From Callorhinchus milii (lineage: Eukaryota), in assembly GCF_018977255.1 (NCBI RefSeq), contig NW_024704743.1:54624001-54688000 (forward strand): a stretch of 64,000 bases of DNA, in the 5' to 3' direction. The stretch's first letter is position 1. The number at the start of each line of letters is the position of its first letter. Position numbers and translations under genes: made by a program. Positions 47,361 to 61,380 of the stretch are shown piece by piece. The notes under the pieces were generated by a model. The model ran no database searches. It was not told where the DNA came from and saw only the letters and a program-made list of their open reading frames with translations.

Positions 47361-50300
47361 TCTGGAACTTTCATTCCGGTTTATAAACTCTTAAGCTGAT
47401 GATGGGTTTCCCCATGTGTCAGACATCCAGCTAAGCAAAGAATATTGACAACTGAGTTTTCAGCTACTTCACCCACAATTTCTGAAACTCTCCTAAAACA
47501 GCTCCATTCCACTTACACCCCATAACTTCCTTCTTGCTTTCAAAAGCCTTCTATCGACCTACATCTTTGATCACGACATTGGTAATTGTCCCAGCTTGCT
47601 CCAGTTTCTACTCTATCTCTGTGAAGTGTTTTGAGATTTTATCTGATGCGAAAGGTATCATATAAATACAAGTTGTTGTTAACAACACCACTTCCTTTGA
47701 CAATAGCCTAAATGTTTAAAGGCTGACTCAGTGCAGTATTATGCAACTACAAACCAGAGGTTGCAGGGTTGAATATCTGACTGAGAGTTGATATGATTGG
47801 CCTCATCATCACAGGGTTAAAGAAAGAAAAAANTAACCAGGATTCCTGCTTCTATTCATTATACAGAGACCCCTCCTAGAAAATCTTCATCACTCAGGGT
47901 GGGCATGGGATCAGACAATACTTAGCAATATCCTAATATTGTTAAGTATTGTATCTGATCCTGTCTGATCCTGTGCCAACATCAAAGATATTTTATTTAA
48001 CAGCAAGAGGAATTTATGTTGAAGTGAGGATGCTCTGCAAATATCCTTATATTCATTTATCTGTAAGGAAGCAAATTGCTATCACTGTAACAAATTGGAA
48101 ATATTTTATTCTTACTGTTGAGTTGGCATTTGAAATAAAGGAAATACTTTTCTCTTTATATTGTTTATTTAGAATTGCATAAAGTATTTACTGCATTTGT
48201 TGATATACAATTGATAACATAATCAACTGGTTTAAACACTGTACATAAAAATTTCCTGTTGTACATGATATAAAAGAGCTTCTCAACATTAATCGTGTTT
48301 ATGAGTTTATTCACCCTTTGCATCACCTATCATTACACTTTACAGTAAAGCGCTTTGAGACATCCTCCTGACATGGAAAGCATTATGCAAGGATTATTAT
48401 TGTTGTTGTTTGCTGGCCTATTTTCTGCTTTCAAATGTAATTGTTGTTAATGCCTTTGTTTCTAGTCATTACTGTAGTAATTTTATAACAAAAATCATAT
48501 TGATGGACTACAATTTTTCAGCATTGAAGCTTTATTCATCTCTGTGTCCCTGTAACTTCAGGAAAAAATCAAGAGTTCTTTTTCTAAGATTTGTGGTGTT
48601 TCTCAATATAGATTGACTGCAGTCCTATTCAATACTGAAGAAATATGAACCTTGTCTGCAGAGGACAGAAATAAATGTTCCACAGAATAATCACAGGGTC
48701 ACATAGGGACACTATGAGACAAGGTGCAGCTTTATTACTCGAAGCACCTTCCTGGCATGAAAGCTATTATATCAAATGCAATTATTGTTTGGTGTTTGTA
48801 CATCTCAATCTGTACAGGACCTATCATAAAAACCTCCAGTACAGTTCCCAAGAAGATTCATATCTAGTGTTTTTTTTAGATCATTAATCTTGCTTATGGG
48901 ACTCTGTTGCACATGTCCACTACTATTTGGAAACAAAAGTTCATTTTCAACTTTAGTCTTTTGGAGATTTATTAAGTTTAAACCAATGCCCTTCAGTTCT
49001 GCACAATCTACGTCAAATAGGTAGATCACGTCAACATCATCTGTGTTTCTTGACATTTACAAAAGGGATTTTTCAAAAAAGAAAATACGCTCTTTGTAGG
49101 GACAATTGGGGTTTATTTAAAATAATCCTTTTTCCTGTTCCTTGCACAGTAATGGATTAGGCAATAACAGCACTGACCTCATAGTTAGTTCATTGTTCTT
49201 TTCTGGCTCGCCCACGAACGTGGTTGGAGCTCAGTTCCATTTGGTGAGCAAATCAGGTGTATTTTGATGTCAAGAGCAAGTGGCTTTGTATGCTAGCAAC
49301 ATAGCAACATGAATCATCTTACTCCTCTCTGCCCATATAAGGCTGAGAATATTTAGCTGTGACCCACCAGTACCTCTGGTTGCCTTCCCACTGGATTCTG
49401 ATCACTATGACTCACACTGAAATACTCTCATTCATTCAAGGGTACTTCCAGGATAGTAACCTCAACAATAAAGCTGTAATTATCTACTCCTCTTCATTGA
49501 CAGCACTGCATTTCAACAGACTGACCGAGATTGTGGGAACACTGTTTAATTGTTTGTCACCAATTTGAAAATATGTTGTAGCCTTCACTTTCACTTCTTT
49601 GTACAGTGCAGTGATAGAATTAAGTCTTTGTTCTGTTGGTATGAAATCCTTGTCAAAATTGCAAAACCAAGCATTCTTTGGCGGGGCGGGGGAGTGGGGG
49701 AACTGGGGGAAAATCCTCTGCTCTACCCCCACCACCTCCATTTGCTCTTTTTGCTCTGCCGAATCCAGTATTAGTCACTACTATGGTACAAAGGAATTCA
49801 CTCAAACAGCTCAATGAACAGAAGCTATTTTAACAAACTTTGAACTATGTGTGGTATCAGGGAGAATTGGCAATGATACCTTCACATTGCATAGGCAGTG
49901 ATGACATTTGTAGTGGAGTGGTGATTTCTGCATATGATTTGACTGTGAGACAGCTGGTGAATCAACACCAAAATATGCCACAGTGTACTCTTTCTATATT
50001 CATCAACAATACATTTTGTCTGCTGTATCTTAAAAGATTAAAATACCAGTCATTCCTCATTCTTTTTCTTCCACAATGAATTGAAGTCAGCTCAGACCCC
50101 AGGGGAGGTGTCCAGGATGTCAGGTCTTTTAAAAACACATTACATCATCTCATCTTGCAAACCTTCCCCTTTCCCACAACCTATAGAGCACTCCCATGAA
50201 GTTTCCCTTCAGTTTGTTTGCTCACAATCCCCACACATTCAACCTACTCCTGAAGCGCGAGAGAAACCCACACTGTACAATATTATATCCAGTCCATGGT

Positions 50301-50363
50301 TAAAACAATTATTACACAACACAAAGATTAATTCCATTTGATTTCAAGCAAAAATTCTAAACA

Positions 50364-50691
50364 TGTGGAGTCCCATAGCACAGTGGTTAGTGAGCTTGCT
50401 TCGCAAGAAAAACAACTTGAGTTTGATTCTTGGGCCAGGCGAAACCTTAGGCAAGTTTCCTTACTCCAACACGCCTCTTTTTACCTAACAGTAAGTAGGA
50501 ACCTGGTTATTAGTTGATTGGAGGATTGCTTTCCAGGGATAATAATCCCTCAAAAATAATTGGTCACTCAATCCATGACTATTTGTGGGACATTGTTGTG
50601 TGCAGTTGGCTGCCGTGTTTCATCCATAAAATACACAATCAATTCACTTCACAATATATTCTGTGAAGCGTTTTGAAACATCTCAACGACA
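50364..50691 (+). mobile_element. CORE-type SINE, long form, 3'-truncated in the stem-loop
   Basis: Head, core and body; directly followed by a second SINE. Confidence 0.88.
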
Positions 50692-50700
50692 TCCACAACA

Positions 50701-51012
50701 TGTGGAGTCCTGTAGCTCAGTGGTTAGAGCACTTGCTTTGCAAGTGAGAGACCTGGCTTCGATTCCTGGCAGGGTGAATCCTTGGGCAAGTTTCCTTATT
50801 CCACACGCCTGATAATAATCCCGCAAGAAAAAAAAACAATAATAAATTGGTCACTTCAATCCACGACTGTTTGTGGGACACTGCTGCATGCAATTGGCTG
50901 CTGCATTTCGCCCAATCAATTCACTTTACAGTCTATTCTGTGAAGCGCTTTGAGACGTCTAGAAGACGTGAAAAGCACTATATCAAATGCAAGGATTATT
51001 ATTATTATTATT
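50701..51012 (+). mobile_element. CORE-type SINE, short form
   Basis: Head with TTTGCAA loop, truncated core, tail and (ATT)n. Confidence 0.9.
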
Positions 51013-51044
51013 CTTTCATAAAAATTGCTGGATTAATGATGATC

Positions 51045-51370
51045 CTTATATCTGACATGGTGCTTTATCACTGCATCAAAATGTCTCAAAGGGGGAAATT
51101 CATTCTGAAATTTTTACTGTAATGTGTAATGACTATTTGTTTGTAGACAAACACTGCAACCAATTTGCACATAGCCATGAAGTAAATGATAATTTTATCT
51201 GGGGGTTTGTTGGCCAGGAGAAACTACAGCAACTTTTCTTTTCAAGCATTGTTATGCAATCTTTAATGTACATCTGAACAGGCAGAAAGGACCTTGGTTT
51301 AATAACTCATCCAAAGGATGGCATCTCCATCAACAATGCAGCACACCCCCAGCAATGCATCCCCAGCGTT
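51045..51370 (-). mobile_element. Deu-domain SINE (decayed)
   Basis: Reverse strand reads CATCCTTTGGATGAGTTATTAAACCAAGGTCC..TGCCTGTTCAG. Confidence 0.75.
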
Positions 51371-54300
51371 GGAGTTTCAACAAAGTTTCAAAATGAACAA
51401 TGGAATGAAATACAATCAACCAAAGTCTATCATTCTATTATCATAATCTATATTTTATTATTGTAATCTCGCTCCATCCATCCCCTCATTCAAGATATGT
51501 CTCAGAAAGTACCACTTTCAGTCATCTTTCCCCTCCCCAACCCCCCGGCTCCTACTCCCAACTTGGGTGCTCAGCTGGTAGTGAAACGTGCTTTGAGACT
51601 TCCTCCCATCATGAAAAGCATTATATAAACGTGTATTGTGTATGTTAAGAAGAATGGTGAAGCAGTAGTTGTAGCAAAACCATGAAAAGCAATGGAACAG
51701 TAAAAACAGAAAATGAGCACAAGCAGTTCAAAGAGCACAACGTGGATCCAGAGTAATTCGCTGGAATGACCATTTGTACAATGTCAGTGTGTCCTTCAAT
51801 TTTTCATATTTTAAATTGGTTGCAATAAATTAGACAGCACATATTTTGTTTGTCCATGAACATTCTTGCTATTTTCACCTCTAGCGAGTGACCATTTTTC
51901 ATTGATACTTGCTGCCAAGAACCACAAAGCACAAATGGATGAGAAAAAAACATATTTTTCAAGATGTTGAAACATTTCAAAGCATGAAGTTTAATTTCTT
52001 TTCTGTAGTAGTCATTTTACACGCACCAAAGCCCTACATAAGATGAATGCTGGAAGCTGTGGTTAAAGCAAAAAGCATCAATTCCCAGCCAATACTGTTA
52101 AACAACAACTTCCTAATGTGAAAGGCACAAATATAGATGTATATTGTACTGTATCAATGTATTTTAGTAGAAACTTGATGCATACACGAAGGAGAAGGGA
52201 TTAGAGGAGTATAGGGGAGAGGAATAGGAGGGGTAAGGGCTCATTGTGCAGTATAGACACCAGGACAGACAAATTAGTTTGAATGGCCTGCTTATTGTTG
52301 TATTATCACTCAGTATAAATCTATGAATGTCCAATTAATCTGGAGGATTGTAAGGGTAAGACCCAGCCTAGACTTTGAATCACTTCAGAGCTACTTCTGT
52401 GTCGAGGCGAACACACATTGCAGCTTCTTTATAAACTTATTTCACATCGTGGGTCACACTACGTGGTAGAGTTTACTGCCCATCCCCGTTTGTCTTGTGA
52501 GTCTTCTCTTGACTCAATGTGCTTGCTAGTCCATTTCAGAGAATGTTTAGAGCCAACAATGACTTGCATATATATATATATTACACCCTTCATGCAGAGT
52601 AGAATCTCAGAGTGCTTAACAATGTAGCTTGATATTGAACTGGGGAGAAAATGGAGGTCTTTCCAAAGGCATGCTTGAAGAGGAAAGACTTCAGGTGTAA
52701 CGTGAAGACTAACAAAGAGCGGCCAAGGCAGAGGGATTGAAACAGAGAATTCCAGAAAGTCAGGGTGTAGTGACTGAAAGTCAATCAAATATTGTGGGCC
52801 TGGAGTCGCAGGTTTGACTCGAAAAGCCGGACTTGTCTAGGATAACAGATGTGAACCAGTTTGGATTTATACTTTGTGTCCATTTATTTGCTGCTCAAAT
52901 TACTATAGCAAGATTTGAATCCATGATCTGAGTCCTCCTGCTTGCCTTGTCTCCTGCAGTACAACTCACATTTCTCACAATACAGCTATTACATAAATCG
53001 TTTTTTATATTACTTTCTCCAGTAAGCACATACCATAGGTCCCATTTCACATTGATATTCGTGTTTTATTTTGGGGCTTTTTGTTGATTTCTTATCAGAC
53101 CAGTAAGGCGAAGCTGACTTGATTTGTGAATGCCATAATTGACACCTAGATAGAATAATGGAAGGGGAGAGTCCTTATTGCACTTGTAACACTTTGAAGT
53201 AAAAGTTGTGGTTGTTTCTTAACCCATTTTCTTGTGTTAATTAGCACAAATAGTGGAGTAAGCAGAAATCTTTTCCTATTACTGTATTTAGCATTGCTCT
53301 CAGCCTCTGATCCCACACAGCTGCTCCTCCCAGGCAGCTGGCCATTTTCTAATGCAAAAATGCAGAAAACTGACTTTATACTGTGGGTTCTTGGTGTTGG
53401 CTGTTGGAACATGGTTGTAACTCTATATTCACTTGGGATAACCAAAGTAAAATAGTTGGAGGTCACTCAACCCATTATATTTGTGTTGATAATTACTCCT
53501 GCAAAGAAAACCCATCTAACGTGATTCTACTTCTCTGTTCTTTACCATACCTTATAATATCCTTTATAATTACTTTCTAACAGCCATCCTTAGTAATAAG
53601 TGCACACTTTGATAACCTAATGGGGAGAATTTTTAAGGCAATTCCTGAGTTAAACATATTCACATAGAGTTACAACTATGTTCTAAGCAGCCTACATCAG
53701 GAAATGAACAGTTACAGAAGCAATTTCCTGTGATTTTTTCACTGAGAAGCAACCAGCTGACCTGAAGCAGTGGTTGTGTGGAAACAGAAAACAGGAGCAG
53801 GGCTGAGCACAGGTAAGTGTTGATTAATGAATTATCAACTCTAATTAAGTGTTAATTAAGTAATCGGAGAAATAATGCAGGTTTTCTTAACCTATGCCTT
53901 GTGCTAATTAACACAAGGACGGTTAAGGAAAAAATGACCTTTAACGTTACCCTGATGACTTTGAGATGACGGTTCCTAATTATTAGCCAAATCATTTCTC
54001 TGTGATTATTCGTACAGCACAGCTGGTTAATAGATTGTTTGCCATTAAAGGTTTCATTTGGATCATTGAAACACTTACACACTTCAGTGAAGGCGCCTCC
54101 TCATTTCCTATTATGCTGTTGAGCAGATTAACAAAATTCACAACTCTCAGATACGCCACTGAGGAAAATTGTTTTTGTATCCAAATTGTTAACAGTCCTT
54201 GGAAAATATCATACTATGATTTATTCATGTTTTCTGTGGCAAGGCAGAATAACCTGAGTCAGCAAGCAGCTTGGGCTTCTAGTAAATATAGTGACCTCAT

Positions 54301-54488
54301 GTATCTGACAAAGTTAAAATGTTGAAACTGTACAAGAAAGCACTTTCACTTAGCCCCTCTTAACCCCTCTCAATGCAATTTCCAACTTCGTCTGAAAGTC
54401 CGGTTAGTAAAAACACTATCTAATGTGGAACTGAATTACATAGACCAGATAAGTGCCATATTCAATCCACGCTCCTTGTTGAGTTAAC

Positions 54489-54804
54489 TGGGAGTCCTGA
54501 AGCTCAGTGGTTAGAGCACTTGCCTCACAAGTGAGGGACCTGGGTTTGATTCCCAGCAGGGTGAAACCTTGGGCAAGTTTCCTTATTCCACACGCCTGAT
54601 AATAATCCCTCACGAAAAAAGCTAAATAAAAAATCGGTCACTTCAATCCATGACTGTCTGCGGTACACTGCTGTCCTCAATTGGTTGCCACATTTCGCCA
54701 CAAGTATACCGTCAATTCACTTTACAGTATATTCTGTGAAGCATTTTGAGATGTCTAGAAGATGTGAAAAGCGCTATATCAGATGCAAGGATTATTGTTA
54801 TTAT
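54489..54804 (+). mobile_element. CORE-type SINE, short form
   Basis: Homologous to 50701-51012. Confidence 0.9.
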
Positions 54805-56080
54805 AACTGACCTCAGCTAGGAAAGGACCATAACTGGCCTCAGTGCTCGGAATTTGGGAGATGAACAATTCGCCAAGGTTTCTGTTCCTGATCACTGTCC
54901 AGTGATCTTTGCTGGAAAGCAACTGTAAGGAGGAATCTGATACAAGAAGATTGGGGTTAGATGTGAAACGCCTCAGAAGAATAAGCTATTTGATTATAAA
55001 GTTCAGTTTACAGTCACAGAGCAACTGGTGTGAAGCCGAAATGGAATAAGAATTTGTTCTCAAAATACTAAAGCCAAATCCTGAACTCATTCCCAGAAAT
55101 ATAAAAGGGAATGTGGAAAAGGCAGGTAACTTTATCAGAGAGGGTGATTGGCTAAATAGTCTCCACTGTGCTACAAATGCCTGTGGTTCAGTTGCAGTAG
55201 GTTGTATTCCCTGTGAAGTCAGAGCTATTTTGGAGCCACACAACATGTGTTTCATACATGTGCTCTCTCCATAGGTTATTTACTGCTGGAAACAGTCTGC
55301 CTACAACTGAATCTGGATGTTCTGAAATTCAGAAATGATTAGCTTATCCTTGAGAAAGTTTACTGGAATACATTATAATATAAGCATATTTTGTAATTTA
55401 CGTAATTTATACTTTACAGCATATCTGAAGCCTAACCTCATTACACGAATTGACCTTTTAACATTAATATCTCTGATGTACAAGACCTTGATTTTCAAAA
55501 GTTTAGAGTTACATTTGTATGCAGTGGGGACATTCACTTTGTCATTCAACTTTTTATAGCATGTGAAATACTTAGCTCCCATGGCTGGTATTACCATGAG
55601 GCCAAAGGTTAACATTTACACATCACTCTGTCAAAGCAGAATAATCCTGTTGAAATACCACAGCATTTATATTATTTTTACATTGTTGCACTCCGCCAAC
55701 TCTGCGGTTATATCTACAACTGATAGAAATGGCATTTATCCCTGGAGGAAGAACATATTTCAGTGCTGATGAAACTACATTCTGGAGAGGGAGTGCTAGC
55801 GTCAGAAACTAATTCTATATATTTTTAGCTATCCCAAAATAGACTTGGAATGACTAAAATAGTAACAGTTGCTGCACTATGGTCTTTCAGCAGGAAATTA
55901 CTGCATTGCTGAGTAGGTGATCTAATTAAAGGAAAATGAGAATAAATAAGGTAGGTAAGGGAGTGCACCTTCCTTCTGGTGGATGGAACTTGAACCAGGG
56001 AACATACTGTATAATCCATGTAATAATTCTTCCATTTGTTATAGCATGAATAATATCAAAAATATTGCAAAGTACTTATG

Positions 56081-56313
56081 ATAATAACAATAATAATGCT
56101 TGCATTTAATGTAGCACCTTATCACATGGTTGAGATTATTGCCCCTGGAAAGCAATTCACCAATCGACTAACAACCGGATTCTCACTTACTGCAAGGTAA
56201 ACAGAGGTGTATGTAGTAAGGAAATTCACCTAAGGTTTCACCTCCCCAGGAATCAAACCCGGGCCCTCTCATTTGCAAGGCAAGCATGCTAATCACTACT
56301 CTACAGGACTCCA
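56081..56313 (-). mobile_element. CORE-type SINE, long form with internal deletion
   Basis: Head and full core are joined directly to the terminal stem-loop. Confidence 0.8.
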
Positions 56314-57599
56314 GATGTTTCACAGATATTTGCTCGCCAATGTAGTGACTGTATTTTGTATCCAAATGCAGCAGCTATTTGTACAGCAAGTTCTCACAAA
56401 CTCAGGCCCTAGATCTAGGCTTTGATAAAACTTACCCCTGACTCTAGTTCTCATTAAAATATCCCCCTGCTCCAGAGGAGGCTTGAAGAAGAAATAATAA
56501 AGGGGTTTGGGGAAACAGCTGGTGAGTGAAACTGAAAGGATAGCACATTCAGAGAGCTCACTGGCACCGTAGGATGAATTGTTTCCTTCTGTGATAGGGG
56601 AGATAAACCTTGTTCTTGCTTTCTATAGATATCGGTGTTCCTCTTATGTGTAAAGGAGTATGTCGTTTTTTTTGTTTAAAAAAACATGCCTCAACCAATA
56701 TAGCTAACAAGGGGTGGACTCCAATCAGGGTTGTTTGAAGTTCCAGCCCTAATTGCTAATTTGACCTCCTGATAAATCAGCACCAGTATATCACTGGGTG
56801 CTTGAGGGCAGTCTCAGGAAGTTCTGTAGACGATTGTTGTAAAAAGCAATAGTGTCCTTATCAAAATAAAACCAACCTTTCTTTTTACTGTTAAAACCCT
56901 TGTGCAAGTTTGCTTTCCTGTGTGGTACACTGTGTCCTCCTACACCTTCTGTGCTGTAAAATTCTAATCTACAAATTGGAATCTTCCAGGATTTTTAAAA
57001 GAATATTCTTGAGTGAAGGGACGGGATGCAGAACTGAGTTTTGCAGCTGAATTTACCTACAAACTGACTGGTTACATCAAGGATGAAGCCAAAGTGAACT
57101 CAAGATTTATTGGGCTTGAGATTTTTTTTAAAAAATGCCCTTCCTCATCAGAAAAATAGAAACTTAGGAACTGAGCCAAGTTTTCACCTCCTCACTGAGC
57201 ACCAACAGGATGTGATTTTAATGGTTCAGAGCAGAATTTGACCAAAGCCAACCACCAATCTGTTCCTGTTAACTCATTTTTCACTTTTTCCAGCACTGAT
57301 TGATTTACAAGGTTGCCATCAGTAAAGTTGCTAATAACTTACTTTGGGGTATAAATGATCTTTGAAAAGATACTGCAGATGTTGATTTTTTTTCTGTATA
57401 TTTTAATCCATCAATTCATGGTTGTTTGCGGAACAGTGCAGTATACAAATTGGCTGCTGTGTTTGCCCACAAAACACCATCACTGCACTTTGGGATGTCC
57501 TGCTGATATGAAAGGCTCTATACCAAATGTAAGGATTATTTTTATTATATATTATAAAATTATGGCCTATGATGTGTTCATTATAACCAGTGATAATTA

Positions 57600-58365
57600 T
57601 CACATAATCCATAAAAATGGTCAATGAGGTCAGATGATAAAAGAAGATTGGTAATAGCCGTGGTCCCTCCAGCCTTCCAACCCCAAGTGTGATTTCCCAC
57701 AACAATGGCCAACAAACAGCCATGAAGTGAATAAACAACAAACACTGGGCGAGCTCACGATCAGTCACTGAAGGCCCTCCAGTTCAGTTGAATTGTCTTG
57801 GCTCAGATATGAAGAATGAAAACTTGTATCAGGTACCAGGTGGCTTCTGGAATTGAAAGAGATAGGGCCTTGAGGGAGGGAGGAGAGAAAAATGGCCACA
57901 AACAATCCAAGGTGGAAATAGCCAGTGGTAGTGAGAAGGTATCATACTTTTTGCCATGGGCCGCACCAAAATTCCTGACATTTGTTCATGCTGCTGCTTT
58001 CTCTCCAGATCATATAATAACTTCCAATCACTTCTGTCATTGCTGGCCACATCTGGCAATGATAGCACCAACAAGTGTGCAAAACTCCAGTGTAATGTGT
58101 TTCTGAGGTTGGACAGATTCATTCCCAGATTGGTCCAAAGGTTCCAGTCTACATTTAAGTCCAGGTATTCCCTCATGTAGAGATAATTTGACTTGTGTGG
58201 AGTATAAACATCAGCACGGACTGGTTTGGCCAGGTGGGCTGTTTCCATGTTGTACATTCTTTGCCACTGAGTAATCCCTCCACAATGATGATGTCAAGTG
58301 GGTGGCCATAGGAAGAAAACAGGTCTCAAACACTGTAGCAAACCAAAGATTTCTTGCACAAGCAA
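57600..58365 (-). mobile_element. Probable DIRS-like (tyrosine-recombinase) retrotransposon relic
   Basis: Interrupted translation DLFSSYGHP..QPTWPNQS..RESSSMNKCQEFW..AIFLSSL..SFNSRSHL..GVGRLEGPRLLPI is in the order I recall for the DIRS MT-like and recombinase N-terminal regions. Confidence 0.4.
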
Positions 58366-59789
58366 TATAGATGTTCATTACTACAGTTTTTCCCACTTTA
58401 GTAATAATAATCCTTGCATTTGATTTTTGCCTAACACTTATAATATCAAAATATATCAAAGTGCTTTAAAGGTAATTGTTGTAAAATGAAGTTATTGTGT
58501 ATTTGCAGATGAATATGGCAGTCAATTCCCACAAACAGTCATTAAGTGATTGGTCAATTTTAACTGGAGATTTGGTGGCTAGGACACTGGGAGAAACTCC
58601 CTTTTCTTTTTGAATAATGCCTTAAAATCTTTAACGCTCACTTGAACAGGTAAACACGACCAGTTTAACACCTCTTCCAAAAAAATGTATATTATTCTTC
58701 CCCTGTAAGATCTGCAAAAAACAACCTCTGAGTAATTAATGGGTTCGTTATAGACATTGTAGCATTTCATTAAAATCAGGGACTTGTGAAAGAGATTGTA
58801 AAATTTATTTTTATTCAATTGTCTGGGAATGTAATTTGAAACTGGAGGAGACATCCAGTTACATTTAAGATGACATCTCATTTCAAATTGCTGTCATAAT
58901 TCTTGAATGGGACAATTTTAGCATATTGAGGAGAAAAGCAACATACATGAAGTGAGAGCTAATATAGTAACATTACCCCAAGGTCAGAGAATATAGTTAA
59001 AGTAGGATTTTTTTCCTCTCATGGGTGATATTGGAAAATAACATGAATTGTTTGGATTGACTATTGAAGCAGTGAGGCGAGGCATTGAAAAGGGAATTAG
59101 AAAAGGGGAGATTGATCAATTCTTAATCTTATATTATTATTATATTATTATTATATTATTATTAATCTGTCATTTATGACGGTTTAGCTGCATTTTCTAG
59201 CCCTGTGATAATTATCAAAACTTGCACCTCCACCAAACAAAAGTCAATCCAGTGGTCACAAGATTGGTTAGGTAGTGATTCCCTAACTAATGTTGTTGAT
59301 TTAAATGTCATCACAGGAAGATATCAGTACATGTGATGAAGAATTGAATGCTTACAAGCAGCCAAGTAAATAGGATTCACACAATCCTTGAAGACATGGA
59401 GGAGGATTTTAGTAGTACTTTCAACACTGGAGAACCACTGCAGATAAGAAGATAATAAATAGGTCCTCATTGTGCAATATAAATTGAAGTATTTAAAAAT
59501 GCTGTATAAAAAGTCAAATACCTGTATTAACGGTCAACGAATAAATTGGATTTAAAACTGTCTTATCGATAGGAGGTATGTAATAAACAGAAAAATCAGC
59601 ATCCGAGAAGGGAGCAGTAACCAGCTGAGTAGTGCTGTTGGTTTGCTAAGGTCCCTGCTGATCAAGCTATCTGAACTAACTTAGGTATAGCGTAGAAATT
59701 ATCTGTACATTCAGCTATCATGTCAATGCCATTGCTACATGTTTTTTTTTAAATTGCCCCTTTTTATTATTAATCCCAATAGAACATCT

Positions 59790-59965
59790 TATATTATTTG
59801 AACATTTGCTGATGAATCTAAGCCAATGTGAGCATATGAACACTAAAGAACAAATTGATAGTATTCAAGATCTGGCCAAGTTAAGCAGATGGACCAAGAA
59901 GCAGCAGATGGATTTTAATGCAAGTAATTTTAACATAACAGGTATTGGACCAAATAATAAACAGG
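59790..59965 (+). mobile_element. Decayed CR1 RT fragment
   Basis: FAD..K and IQDLAKLSRWTKKQQMDFNAS (ORF 59806-60036). Confidence 0.7.
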
Positions 59966-61044
59966 GCGAGGGAAAAGGATCTGGATCAAATGTGATATTT
60001 TATCATTTGTTGCATGTTTCACTGAAGTCACTGTGAAGTTACTGCCACAAAATTAATCAAAAGCACCTCAAGAGTTTTCTTTGACAATACATCAAAATAA
60101 GTTACTCTAACCTTGTGTAGATTACTGGAACAGACAGTAAAGACTATCTGTAAATGGTTTGGATGAAACATAGAAGCTATAGATTTTTATTATTGGAATT
60201 TTGGGGTAAATTTTGCAGTCCATTTGATATTCAGCAAATCAAACAGGCCAGAAGCAGCCTTCCTTCAAACCTTGTCTTCAATGGTGATACCCGAGAAGCT
60301 GGGATTGTGGGGGTTGGACATTTGAGTCCTACTGCTAGAAACTTATAACTTGATGTTCAGTTTTGTGTTTGCTATAAAGACCTGCTAACCAGCAGTGAAA
60401 TTTTGAGATCTATGAGTCAAAATTACAAAGCTGTGAACCTGGTTTCTTGAATATTAATCTTGAGAGCAGGTTTAAGGGGAGAAAGCGTAGATTTCTTCAT
60501 TTCTAAACAAAATACATATTTGTTGATCAATAAAATATATATTTACACTCATCTCAAGATCTATTGATGTGAAAAATGTTGAATGGACTGGATCACTGAC
60601 CTCACTGATTGCAGTTGGGAACATCCTATCTTCAAAAGAACATCCTATCTTCAAAAGGGGTCTATCACTCGAGTTGCATAAGTTATGTCTACACACTGTG
60701 AATAATACAAATGTGTTTAAATAGTTTACCCAATTCACAATATAGAACCCATTGAAGCATGAGAGAGAGTTCAGAGAAGTGCAACAAGTGTGATGGTGGG
60801 AAGGCCCACAATAGAGCGCCCTGCCTGGGTTTGATTCCCAGGCAGGGTGTTACCCTAGGCAAGTTTCCTTACTCCACACGCCTCTATTTAATTGGCAGTA
60901 AGTTATGTCCATGTCCCACCATCAACAGGTGGGCCAGCCTGTTGGCTTTGTGAGACCACTCGGCCTTAAAATTCAAGATTGCACAGAATTGTAGAAAATT
61001 CTTAAATTCAGTTTTAATTTGTAAGCTGAATTTTTATAGTGCTT

Positions 61045-61378
61045 ACAATACAATTTACATTTATATAGCGTCTTTCACATTGGGAGGACATCCCAAAATG
61101 CTTAATAGTACGGGCTGGGGGTGGAGCTGAGTAGGATGGGGAGGGGAAAGAAAACAAAAATTGTGGTAAAGGGAGTTCGTCTTCAGACAGACCTTGAATT
61201 AGGTGAGAGAGGAAACGAGTCAGAATAGAAAGGCTGCTGGCCCGCCTGCTGATGGTGGGACATGGACATGAGGCAAGGTGGTGCTCACTAATTTAAGGGA
61301 GCAGCTGGGAAAATAGGATCTGAGGGGGTCATAGAGGTGGGATGAGATCATAGCATGCACAATGTGAGCCATGGGGAA
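61045..61378 (-). mobile_element. Older L2 3' fragment
   Basis: Terminal stem-loop, ATTGT tail and decayed C-terminal coding remnant. Confidence 0.72.
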
Positions 61379-61380
61379 CT

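Noticed and set aside
48805..49056. ORF with DVDVIYLFDV resembling the integrin betaI VDLYYLxD motif
   Set aside because: No DxSxS or further integrin similarity and no clear splice sites. It is equally like the CR1 VDVIYLD motif.
59591..59684. Possible plus-strand internal exon (AG..GT bounded)
   Set aside because: No polypyrimidine tract, no recognisable protein, and it lies within decayed CR1-like sequence.
60385..60450. ILRSMSQ..NL resemblance to the MACC1 N-terminus
   Set aside because: Too short, ends in a stop, and has no convincing start or splice context.
60619..60656. Perfect 19-bp tandem duplication GAACATCCTATCTTCAAAA
   Set aside because: Isolated micro-duplication with no supporting context.
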